A stretch of 64,000 nucleotides of DNA from Perna viridis (Eukaryota): positions 35,240,704 through 35,304,703 of the forward strand of contig CM074521.1 in the NCBI GenBank assembly GCA_037379345.1. The letters run 5' to 3'. The notes beneath the pieces are model-generated. The model saw nothing but the letters and a program-made list of their open reading frames with translations. It was not told the DNA's origin and did no database searches. How positions within the stretch are numbered: the first letter of the stretch is position 1; each line of letters starts with the position of its first letter. The position numbers and the translations under genes are program-made. Shown in pieces: positions 50,801-60,612 of this stretch.

Positions 50801-51191
50801 CGATCCTTGTCTTTGTAGTTTCCTTGTCTGGTCTTACAACTGGAAAGTGCGGTAAATACCATTTTCCCGATTTCGGCACCTCTTCTTCAGCTGGCACTTT
50901 ACGGACGTAACCTTTGTCAAGATACTTTTCAATAGTTTTAACGTAATCGTTCTTCACAGTCGCATCCTTAATTAACCTCTTCTCAGTATTCTCAAGTCTG
51001 CGATAAGCCATATTATAATTGTCCGGTAAATTAGCAGGGTCACTCTTCCAAGGCAAGGCTACTTCATAGCGACCATCTTTGAAACACATTGATTGTTCAA
51101 CGATTTTGACAGCTTGTTTATCTTCGGCACTTAACATCTCATTCTTATCGATAGGTTTGACGTGTTCAATGTCCCAGAATTTCTTTAACAA
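47826..51191 (-). CDS. pol: BEL/Pao Pol, unit 2
   Basis: Translation appears identical to 41484-44849. Confidence 0.95.
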   Translation of the reverse strand: MLKKFWDIEHVKPIDKNEMLSAEDKQAVKIVEQSMCFKDGRYEVALPWKSDPANLPDNYNMAYRRLENTEKRLIKDATVKNDYVKTIEKYLDKGYVRKVPAEEEVPKSGKWYLPHFPVVRPDKETTKTRIVFDASAKCENASLNSVIHQGPKLQRDLFDVLLRFRKNPVALVCDIAEMYLRINIAPVDRPFHRFLWRSMELNREPDEYEFNSVVFGVNSSPFQAQYVVQKHAECMKASHPRAAETVLHSTYMDDSMDSVMNEHEGILLYNQLSDLWWKAGMYARKWLSNSEAVLDFIPKEDRASEVNLDDGSLPTVKTLGIMWKANVDLFTFKANPPGEDFVYTKRNFLRKVAMLFDPLGFISPYIVRAKMLLQEMWLTGYNWDNLLDENLICKAKSWFKELNDLNQIKVQRCLQVVDQNEEIIHTNIHTFVDSSEEGYGAVSYMRIEYKSGLISTRIIASKSKVAPIIAVSIPRLELMAAVLGLKLALSIAEPLRIPTEQLVFWSDSMDVLWWIRGRSRDFKPFVANRIGEIHRASSPTQWRYVPTKENPADLVLRGRTVIQLKSDIIWWEGPDFLSKQECDWPECRINKGLSCEKEVKSAKSGAKLETAKDSEIFTMKIVSVSEKDWRLNPEHYSSWLRLVRVCSWVNRFVENCRLTRDLRRKGGLSVDEIEEAETQIVRDAQRCEFLEDYNSIMKEKQLPSGSKLLSLKPKINEYGLLRCDGRLEHADFLPYDTMYPIILPRKNRVTRLIVKYYHDKGRHVCGTNLTLSMMSSKYWIISAREEIRECENECYTCRKRKAKTAEQVMAPLPDIRFRTPLHAFARIAVDYGGPFITVQGRGKRREKKYLCLFTCLASRAVHLEVAFGLDTDSFLNAFYRMANRRGMPQEVVSDNGTNFIGANKELQELVSLLDKDKICDNTSNRGVKWHFNPPLAPHFGGVHETMIKAAKKAIYSILGNADITDEELLTAFIGAEAVINSRPLTYQSADSRDDLPLTPNHFLHGQIGGAFAPETVDTTDFNPRKRWRRIQELVRHFWQRWIKEWLPGLNRIHKWTETEKDLKPNDIVLVMNPNLPRGHWPLGRIIEVYSGKDNHVRVAKIRLGQTVLVRPITKLCPLEVN

Positions 51192-51874
51192 TAAATCGTA
51201 TTCATTTGATTCATTGATACTTCCGACGAAGTATTGTAATTGTAATGTGTCAGATTGTCATCAGTGTCTGGATTCCCAATACATGTCCATCCAAGGGGAG
51301 TTAATCTTGCTATCGGCTCGCCTGGTTTACCACGAATATCCTTGTACGAATAATGTAAATCGGCATAATCCAAACCAATTAACATATCAACTTTAGGCTT
51401 CGAACCTATGTCCGGAAACTGTATGCCTTTCAAATGTTCCCACTTAGAACTGTGCTGTCGCCAATCTATGGGTTTCATATTCCCGGTCACCTTGTTTGTC
51501 GTGAAAGCTACGATTCGATTTCTTGTTCTGCCATTCACACTTTCAATTTCGAACTCAACTGGCATTGTTTCAAACGATTCACATTCATCATTTAAAACAT
51601 TTACTGTCATAGTTTGTAACTGTCCATGGAGACCTAACTCTGCGGCTACATCCGAATTAATATAAGTCTTTGTACTAGCATCATCGAGTAGTGCGTTCAC
51701 TTTCAACTTTCGATTACCAGTTCTGACAATTACTGGTACAGTTCTTAAAATTACATTATTTACCTTTTCTCGGTCTTTAGCGATCATTGTTCTGTTTTGA
51801 CGCTCCCCTTCAGTGTTCGGCTCTGTAACACTTTTGAATATTTCTGAATGTCTGTGCACATTGTTACTGTCCAC
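51185..51874 (-). CDS. BEL/Pao aspartic protease region, unit 2
   Basis: Translation appears identical to unit 1. Confidence 0.9.
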   Translation of the reverse strand: MDSNNVHRHSEIFKSVTEPNTEGERQNRTMIAKDREKVNNVILRTVPVIVRTGNRKLKVNALLDDASTKTYINSDVAAELGLHGQLQTMTVNVLNDECESFETMPVEFEIESVNGRTRNRIVAFTTNKVTGNMKPIDWRQHSSKWEHLKGIQFPDIGSKPKVDMLIGLDYADLHYSYKDIRGKPGEPIARLTPLGWTCIGNPDTDDNLTHYNYNTSSEVSMNQMNTIYC

Positions 51875-53331
51875 TCGCCTGCGTTGATTAAAATTGTTTC
51901 ATAATGTAACATTCTATTATGAAGCTCCCTACAACCATCGATTCCACACGTTCTACTTCTTGGACACCTTTGTCCGAGGTGATTATCTCCTAAACAACGA
52001 TAGCAAAGTTTATGCTCCTTTGCAACATTCCACCTTTTTTGCAAATCCATTCTTTTGAACATTTCGCAGTTCCACACACCATGCGGCTCATTACATACTT
52101 TACATAGTCGTCTACGAGCATTTCTATCTGTGTTTTCAGTGTTACTGACAAAAGTTCTGTTTGTACCCGGTCTCGGACGCCTGACGTCATTGTTGTTAAA
52201 GTTGTCTAATCCTCGGACAGTTTCGCTCGCGATAGTTTGGAATTCCGCTTCCTGAATTATCCACTCCCTTAACGATTCGACTGATTCCGGTCTCCGTTTC
52301 TCGAATACCCATCTATGGTACTGCGCAAGCATAGACTCGGGTAACTTTTGCTGTAATTTATTGTATAACGATCCATTACCAAGTTCTTCACTACGACCGG
52401 CATCCCGTAGATTCACAACAGTTACGTCAATTAAATCTGCGAATTTGTCAATGTCTCTTGAATTTCCTACTCGAATTGGTTTGAAAGTTTCTAACTCTTC
52501 TATATAACGTGCGATCTGTCGTCGTTTACCTCCATATTTACGCTCCAATCTGTCTTTTGCAGCCACGTACGCTGATTCCGAATATCCAAGATTTTCAACC
52601 ACTTTTAATGCTTCTCCCGATAAGTATTGTCTTAACTGTAAAAGTTTATATTCAGGTGTAGCCGGCGCTTTGTCCACACACGACATGAAGGCGGCCCTCC
52701 ATGCTTCATAACTTCGTTTGTCACCCGAAAATATTGGAATCGCAATTCGTTTCAACTGCTTCCACATGTCATTTCCGATTTCGATACGATTGTCACTTTG
52801 AACTTCAACTGGTATGTCACGATTAATCCGATCTGGTAATTGTCCAATGTCATCTTTAATTTCACGTCTATCGCCACTATCGTCGGTAACTGGAACATCT
52901 TGTCTATCTATTTCTTCTCTATAGTTCGATGCACGCGATGAAACACTAGAACCGTCTTTTGTACTTATCAAAAAGTTTTGACATTCATTTATCGCTTCAG
53001 AAAATTCTGATTCCATTTGTTCTAGTTCATTAGCTGTTTTCCGTACATTTAATATTTCGTTTCTCTTCTTATATTCGTCATATAATAATTCCATAATGTT
53101 CATAGCATTTTCTTCTGCATTTGTAAGTTTTTGTCTTATTTCTTTGATGATATCACGATCTGGAATTTCGTCCGGTTCATCGATTAATTGGAGAAGGTTA
53201 TGTCTCAATTTTGTGAAGGCCGATTTAGCTTTTGCCTTGTCCTTTTTAATATCCTCGATTTTTTCGTTTTGTTGTTCGATCATTGTCTCTTCCATTTTTT
53301 CGTTTCTAAGATCTAGCTCCCAATTGCTCAT
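51784..53331 (-). CDS. gag: BEL/Pao Gag, unit 2
   Basis: Translation appears identical to unit 1. Confidence 0.93.
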   Translation of the reverse strand: MSNWELDLRNEKMEETMIEQQNEKIEDIKKDKAKAKSAFTKLRHNLLQLIDEPDEIPDRDIIKEIRQKLTNAEENAMNIMELLYDEYKKRNEILNVRKTANELEQMESEFSEAINECQNFLISTKDGSSVSSRASNYREEIDRQDVPVTDDSGDRREIKDDIGQLPDRINRDIPVEVQSDNRIEIGNDMWKQLKRIAIPIFSGDKRSYEAWRAAFMSCVDKAPATPEYKLLQLRQYLSGEALKVVENLGYSESAYVAAKDRLERKYGGKRRQIARYIEELETFKPIRVGNSRDIDKFADLIDVTVVNLRDAGRSEELGNGSLYNKLQQKLPESMLAQYHRWVFEKRRPESVESLREWIIQEAEFQTIASETVRGLDNFNNNDVRRPRPGTNRTFVSNTENTDRNARRRLCKVCNEPHGVWNCEMFKRMDLQKRWNVAKEHKLCYRCLGDNHLGQRCPRSRTCGIDGCRELHNRMLHYETILINAGEWTVTMCTDIQKYSKVLQSRTLKGSVKTEQ

Positions 53332-53421
53332 TTTCGATTGACGATCACTAAATGTCAATATTAATTCCGATTATGAATTATAATTTCGATACGATTTCGA
53401 TAAGTCCGTTTTGTCCATATT

Positions 53422-53439
53422 AACCACGCTCTGCTACCA
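53422..53439 (-). other. Primer-binding site for initiator tRNA-Met, unit 2
   Basis: Plus-strand AACCACGCTCTGCTACCA is a tRNA-like 3' end including CCA. Confidence 0.9.
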
Positions 53440-53444
53440 GAAAA

Positions 53445-53991
53445 TGGAGCCGAGTGATTGCGCAGTGGAAGCGATTTTACTATTGTTTGTTCAATTATGT
53501 AATTTGGAAGCTAGACGACGAGCACTATAACTTTTGTCTACGACAATGATTTCGATTAAAAACGATCTTTCTAATCCTACATTTATTTACATAATATATA
53601 CATTCACATATTTGAATACAATGTTTACCGATCGAACTCTGATTTCTAACTGACCATAATTATGTGCCGAATCTGAACAAATAAACCCAATTAACCTAAA
53701 TGTAACTCCCCAAATTACCAATTTGAACTTTTACCTTCTCATTGTCTGTCTGATACAGATCATTAAATATGTTAAACAGCTGACCGCTATCAAAATAATT
53801 AATTAGTTCCAAGTACTGGATGACCAGACAAACAACGACTATCTTATCTTAACTAGATCAAGGTTACAATTCGATTTCTATGTAAAATTATCAATGAAAA
53901 TTAAAAGTGAAAAGAAATAAAACTAGCTAAAAAAACGTTATCTAAAAACATATGAAAATTGAAGTCAAAAAACATAATTGTCTTCTAAACA
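53445..53991 (-). repeat. 5' LTR
   Basis: T at 53505, A at 53794; followed by the GTGAT TSD. Confidence 0.97.
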
Positions 53992-54094
53992 GTGATTGCA
54001 CGAATTGAAAGCGGAAAGTGAGTGCCATCTTTTATATTTGTAAAATATGATCCGAAGTTTTGTTATGCAAAACATATTCTCTTTTCAATTGCAG

Positions 54095-54303
54095 ATAGTT
54101 GCACGCATGGTGGGAGAACTTATAAGGTGGAAGAACATTTTGTCTGCGTTGACAACAAAAACTTATGTAAATGTTTACCGAATAACGAAATAATGCAGAC
54201 AAAAATGGGACAAACAGTCGATGATTTATGTAATCAACCAGCACGTCAACTACCATCTAACCTATTGGAGGAAAATAAGAAAAAAAATCTCGCAGAAATT
54301 TAA
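54095..54303 (+). CDS. Small secreted cysteine-rich protein, coding exon 3
   Basis: Acceptor CTCTTTTCAATTGCAG|, phase 1; NSCTHGGRTYKVEEHFVCVDNKNLCKCLPNNEIMQTKMG...AEI*. Exons total 450 nt = 149 aa plus stop. Confidence 0.75.
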
Positions 54304-55074
54304 AAACAATTAATGGATTAGATGATGGTAAAAATATAATATAATTGGTTGATTTGTTTTATATAATAATTTTCAGTGCAATATCTATTTATTACCAAAA
54401 TTTATCATGTGTTCAACATAAACACGTATAGAAATTATATTAAATTTCCCTTGTATAATGTACATGTAGTTCTTTCTGAAGTATAACAGAAATCAACGAT
54501 ATAGGCCAAACACTCAAGAAACTTAGCTATCTGCAAAAAGGCTTTAGTGTAAGTAGTATAAGGTCAGTTTAACATGTAATAGGACATGTAATCACAGACA
54601 GATCTGCTTGATGTAACTTCCTGTCAGACTGAAATCTTGAATTCATGTTAATTACCGTTATGAGTACTTCGTCTTTTTAAAACACGCCGAATGATACAGC
54701 GTGTATTTCTAAAGCATGGAATGTCATAACGTGATATTTTTCAGAATGTTGTCTACGATACCAGCTATCCAAAAGAAAGACGAAAAACCCGGAAACGAAT
54801 ATGTAGTCATTGGCAAAAACTATTCATATTTTGTTTTTAATCTTCTAAACACTAAGGACGATAGCTTTTTATCGACAATATAGTATCCAATGTCACTGTC
54901 GGCATATTGTGTCATTCTGCTCGCCGATCCGTTACTTCATTCTTATAAGACAGACTTCTAGCTTATCCTAGCTTAATATCTGGTTTAAAAGAAAGAATGG
55001 CACTAGCTAGAGTTGTTTGACCTTAGTTTCCGTTACACAGATAACGTTCTACCGTCTAACAATCCTACATTCGT

Positions 55075-55392
55075 TTTTTTTTTGTTTTTGTTTTTGCATC
55101 GTAGTATCTATCCCTATAACAACACTGCAGACACCGTGCGGCCTACCACAAATCCTGACCATATTTAGATGCAGCGCCTGTCTTTATATTTCTTTCAGCC
55201 ACTGCGTACAGCGCTATATACATATTTTTATATATATTTACAACGTCTAAGAATGATACAGGGAAGATAATGTAAACATTTAGAAGGGTCTGAAAAATTC
55301 TCAACGATGTTAAAACGTTCCCTTCGCTGTGACCGCTATGGCAACACCGCCTGCACAAAATCCAGCGCCCTAGACCACTCGGTCAGCTAGGC
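55075..55392 (-). mobile_element. tRNA-derived SINE-like element
   Basis: Minus-strand head GCCTAGCTGACCGAGTGGTCTAGGGCGCTGG (A-box/D-arm-like), ~290-bp body, tail AAAAACAAAAACAAAAAAAAA. No clear B-box or TSD. Confidence 0.5.
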
Positions 55393-57427
55393 TATATATA
55401 TGCAAGAGCACACCGGAGCTACACGTGATGTATTGTACACTTTTTGTGATAAAGTATTGAAACAAATTCACGGTATCAATAAACTGACGTCATTACATGT
55501 ACTTCAAAAGTTCACCACAGGAACAGTTTTTTGTTCACAAGATCATAGTTACAGACGTTGGTTTCACATTATAGCTAATCTGTACGTGTTTCTAGAAAAG
55601 CAGAAGACACTCTATCTGTGCATTGGTCCGTATCGAAATGTTAGTTCTTATAACTTCTGTCTTTCTTGTTTCTAAGTGTATTCGTTTAGTAAGTCATGGT
55701 GTTTTGTTTGTTTTCTTGGTCTTTATTGTTTGTTTGTTGGTCTTTATTACTCCATTCCTCGTTCTAGTCATGGTCTCCTTGTTTTACGTCCACTCATGTC
55801 GTTTCTTGTTTGTGTCGCAGTGTAATTCACCCCACAAACTAATCTAGAAAAATATGGCCACTGCTATAAGAAAATGAGCCGTCCAACTTTTGATATTTTA
55901 TTAAATTCTGAAAAACAATAATCATCAATTGTAACTAAATACAATTCATTAATAACACATAGATCTAAGTAGAAAATACTATATTTTCTGCAGGAACAAA
56001 ACCTGAAATCTTTGCTCAAAATATTCGGAACTTCGATTCCAAAGTATAAATGTACTTTACTAAACTTTCTATTATAAAATGTAAAATCTTTACCTAACTT
56101 TACTTCGTATGAATCCGTAAATATATCCAAAATGTTACTGATAAAACTTTATTCGAATTACTATAAAATATCATGAATTAGAATAATAATTTCTACATAG
56201 CTAGTAATTTATCTTTAACTGAGAATAAATAAATGCTTTTGAAAATACTTTAAAAATATTAACGATATCTGAAAAGTAGCGGAATTAACCAAACTACATA
56301 TTTGTGACACTGAATCTGGACTAAACATAATTTAGTAGTAATATTTCTTTAAATAGTACATATACTAGTGCAAGCATGCCGTGCACGTGATAATGCAATA
56401 AGTTAAACGCGCGAAGCGTACACGTAGTAAATAACTGTCATATATTGCATAGTATAGTCCGTTCCGTATATCTGTCCATGAATGAAAATGTCTCCAGTAC
56501 TATAGTCTTGTCCAAATATATATAATTTACGACCATGAATGATTATATGAATAATATGCATGAATGAAATGGTTAAACAAACTCTATGAACATGACTCCA
56601 CAAACCAGACACACACAACACATAAGATAACTATATAGACCAAATACCCGGTGACATTTGTAAGGATATTCTTATGTTTTCATTGATTTATTCATCGCAA
56701 TAACGAATAAAATAACACTTTGTCAAATGTCTGAACAGCGACAACAAAAACAAGTACCATCTTTAAATAAAGAAAGCCGACGCATATTCTGGGTTTGTTA
56801 ATACCCAAATCTGATTAATATTATATTTGGTGAACTGTGTGGTCACTGTACCATGTTTCGTATTTCAATTATTTTATTGGTTCAACAAGTAAACTAATTC
56901 TAATTATTCAATGCATAAAAGATTACTCAAATGAAAACATACACAGTGTATAATAAATCAATTTTTAATCAACTCTAAAAACGAACATGCATTACAACAA
57001 TGTAAATATCTTTCCTGAAAGTTTTAAAAAATGATCATCAATACTTACATTTGTATCAGATTATTTTTTTTCCTTTTGATTACATTATAAATATACACTG
57101 TTACAAAAAACTCTGAAAACCATTAATAATAATCATATATCAAAAAAAAAAAAAATATCAGAAACTAAAACTGATCATTTCAGTATTAAGTTCAATTATA
57201 TAAATCTAAACAAAGCAGGATTTTTCATACTAAATTCTAATTCTAATTCTAAATATATTCTAAATAAATGAAGTACATGCATAACCTCATGGAATGTAAA
57301 AACATAAAATTGAAAAAGTTTTGTTTTTATTTTACAAATGTAAGTAAAGTTCCCAACCTGTTCAGGTTAAGTACTGGTTTTTAAAAGGTCTATTTTTTCC
57401 CATTTTCACAATTATTTATCTGTCGAA

Positions 57428-57861
57428 TACAAGCATTCTGATAGTGTTGCAAAACAATACATAGTCCCCTACCTACTTGCTGGATGTATAACAGTGACCA
57501 AAAGTGTCAGTAAAATTTTCAAAGTTAAGGGTTACAACTTTATTCTGCAAAAATCAATGGAGCAGAATGAAACTTCAATTTGATCTGTATCTCATCTAGG
57601 TAGACTTGCATACCCACAAATCAGTTCAATATAAGCAAGCATTTTGACAAAAATGTGGAAAACTTTAATTTCAATAAAATTCTTAAATTTAAAGGGCTAC
57701 AACTTCAGCAAAAATTAATAAACCATGTCAAAACTGAAACTTAATCTGTAAATGATTTAGGTAGAAAAAAGTCTGTGAAAACCATGTTTTTTTTTAGGAC
57801 TGACAGACAGACCGAGCACAAACCTCAAGTCCCCTTCGGCTAAAGCCGGTAGGGGACTAAT
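57428..57861 (+). mobile_element. Helentron-associated non-autonomous element (HINE-like), second family
   Basis: Subterminal IR TAGTCCCCTACC (57462-57473) / GGTAGGGGACTA (57848-57859), terminal hairpin, two ~160-bp core repeats and a GACA microsatellite. Confidence 0.75.
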
Positions 57862-58179
57862 AATCAATAAGTACCAAGATTTTACAAATATCATATGGAT
57901 TTTCAATCAAATATGTTTTATAACCAACAATTAGAATTTGTAAAATGAGTATATAGTAATGTGTATGAGGGAATATCATATTTACAAGTATTATATGCAT
58001 TCCTAATCAAAAATGTTTCATGACCAACTTATAAAATGAGTATATACATGTATCTGAAATATAACTTGGAATAATGTACATAACAACTTGTAAAAAAAAA
58101 CACCTTTCAACCCGAAGTTTAACATATCAGATTCTAAGATACACTATACTTGTAACTATGAAAAAATGAACTAAAAACT

Positions 58180-58799
58180 AATATAGAGTCAATTTTTCAT
58201 GACGGACGATGATCCGATGGATTCCGTAAGTCTTAATTAATTCTGGATTTGTTAACAGATACGAATTTACGAAAGAATCAAGGATTTTTGAGTTAGAGGG
58301 AAATATTTTGGAAGATTGTCTTCAATTAAACAAGTATCTTATAAGTGGTGTTGACATTTACATGAAACTGTTTAGATCGACTATTCCATTTTTACTGATG
58401 TCAGGAGAAAGCTCTCCCAACTATAAGATAAAAATGTTGGATGTCTTTTATAAAACAGCTAGAGTAAAACTAGATCCCGGAGTCATCGTAAATCATAGAA
58501 TTTTTGGAAATAACAGAAATTATACCTCTGCTTACGTGCGTTTGCGATGAATGGATGAAATATATGGGATTGAACATTACTCTGACTAACTTTGGTAAAG
58601 GATACATGTTTATAGTTTTTTCATTGGATCCCTGTGATTTTCAGGAAGATTACTTGAATTTAGTGGGAAGTGGTAATGCACGTTTGGAAATAAGATTTGG
58701 AGTTCTACTACAGAGACTATAAATTGCCTCTGTTATTGTCAATCGCAAGCTATTTTGACCTATGATGAGACTCGAGATATCAAAATTATAGAACCATGA
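58180..58799 (+). pseudogene. Polinton/Maverick major capsid protein relic
   Basis: NSGFVNRYEFTKESRIFELEG...YLISGVDIYMKLFRS..FLLM..YKIKMLD..ARVKLDP; after an internal deletion, GYMFIVFSLDP...GNARLEIRF/TETINCLCY...TYDETRDIKIIEP*. Confidence 0.75.
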
Positions 58800-59263
58800 A
58801 TGTAGAACAATTATCTTATTTACTTCAAAGATTTAAATGCTTAAAACAAACACTAATAAATATAACAGCCGTGAATACAGTTCCAGCTAAAATTGTTAAA
58901 TCATTTCCATTAAGTGTATATTATTACTACAGATCCGATTCCGAACCCTCGAAAGCATTGGATATGTATAATTTTCATGACCCGTTGAAAATTGATTATT
59001 GTGATAGTCTTGGTAATAGTCCCAGATTCTACAGTAGAGATCTGGTAAAATGTATAAATGATAATAGTAGAGACGGATACAATTTTATTCAGAAACAAAT
59101 CAAATCTAATTCATCTGATATTTGTGGATTGTATGTTGTATTTTTCACACTAATGAGAATTTGCTTTAACATGTCCGTTGATGATATATATGATATGTTT
59201 TTCACTGAAAATTTGTTAGAAAACGATGCTTTTGTTGAATCCTATTTTAAAAAAATAAAATAA
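58796..59263 (+). pseudogene. Polinton/Maverick adenain-like cysteine protease relic
   Basis: DYCDSLGNSP and QI.SNSSDICGLY in the ORF; the His motif TTDPIPNPRKHWICI lies in a shifted frame at ~58925-58975. Confidence 0.8.
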
Positions 59264-59689
59264 AGAATATATACTGAACTGTGTTCCTTTTATACCATGA
59301 AAGAATAGTTTATACGAATTTATATCAAATAAAAAGAACAACCATATAATACAAAACAAACAGTCAACTAAAAAAAGAAATTCGACATGTAAAAAAATGG
59401 ATATTTACTTGGCGAGCAGCATATGTTAACATAAAATTACATACCATATGACGCCCGATTTCCCATTTTTGGTGACTTGACTATTTCAATCTTTAGACCC
59501 TATTTATATTAATAAGGGATATTAGTCATATGAAAAAATAGCTACTGACGATGCAAAATAATGTAAACATGGGTGTTACATTTTGCGATTTCAGCCTTTT
59601 ATGTCATTTTGTTTATGCTTCCGGGGCAGTACAACAGCTGTAAAAATATGTACAACTCTTTGTAAGTCTGCACCATCGATTAGTACCTT

Positions 59690-60330
59690 AAATGACAAGA
59701 TAAATAAAGATTCAGCGGTGTAAAGAAAATGATATGGTTTTGAATACATATAAAACTAAAGCCATGTTAATTGGTTCTAGTAGAACATTGACGACAAACG
59801 AAATTTACATAAAAATTCAGGTTGACGAGGAGAGTTTTATAAGGACAAATGTACTATTGAAATGCAGAAGTTGTTCGGTATCGAAATTGATAGGCCTCTA
59901 GAATGGGAAGTTCAAATCGATAAACTTTGTACTATCATTGTTGGCAGACTATGTTTAATGAATCATTTCAAGTTATACCCATGGAATATTTAAAACTTTA
60001 TCATAACAGTTATATACTAACGATGATGGATTACTGTTGTAGTGTATGGGGTACTGCCTCCAAAACTCATTTAGATAAATTATACAAAGTACAAAAGAGA
60101 GCTGCAAGAATAATTTGAAATGTAAATATTGATATCCCATCAAGATTAATGTAAAACAAAATTAGAATGGTTGACTATATATAACAGAATTAAATATTTC
60201 AATGCGATCATGATGTATAGATGTATGAATGGTTCAGCACTGAATATTTTTTCTGATTTTTTTTCCAAAACGCCCCTTCATGAATACATACACTAGAACA
60301 ATCTTGTGGAACTCCCTTCTTTTAGAGACA
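59690..60330 (+). mobile_element. Degraded CR1/L2-like LINE fragment
   Basis: KTKAMLIGS and MDYCCSVWGTASKTHLDKLYKVQKRAARII. Confidence 0.7.
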
Positions 60331-60457
60331 AAACAGTCAAAAAGTAAAGAAAATTTTAAGAAAAAATGTAATGTCTACCTACTAAATCATCAACAAAATG
60401 AAGGTAAGTGTATTGTTTAATGTCTCATTTATATATACTTCAGAATAATAATCATGT

Positions 60458-60612
60458 GTAACCATGGGAACCAAGGTTATAGCGGTAATCAAAAGAATGT
60501 AATCCAGGGACAAAGACCAGACATGGAAAACAGACATACACAACAAAGAATATAAAGTAACTAAAGTCATACATACAAAGTAACAAAAGCAAATGAACAA
60601 CTCGGACTCCAC
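60458..60612 (-). mobile_element. Naiad-type PLE 3' tip
   Basis: Reverse complement GTGGAGTCCGAGTTGTTCATTTGC...TTACCGCTATAACCTTGGTTCCC. Confidence 0.85.

Larger units (their letters stand above)
40761..53991 (-). mobile_element. Tandem BEL/Pao LTR retrotransposon (LTR-int-LTR-int-LTR), 13,231 bp
   Basis: Three 547-bp TG...CA LTRs at a 6342-bp period; GTGAT TSD at 40756-40760 and 53992-53996; Gag-PR-RT-RH-IN order with BEL-type motifs. Confidence 0.97.

Noticed and set aside
41569-53341. Plus-strand ORFs within the BEL units
   Set aside because: Antisense shadows of gag/pol with no independent motifs.
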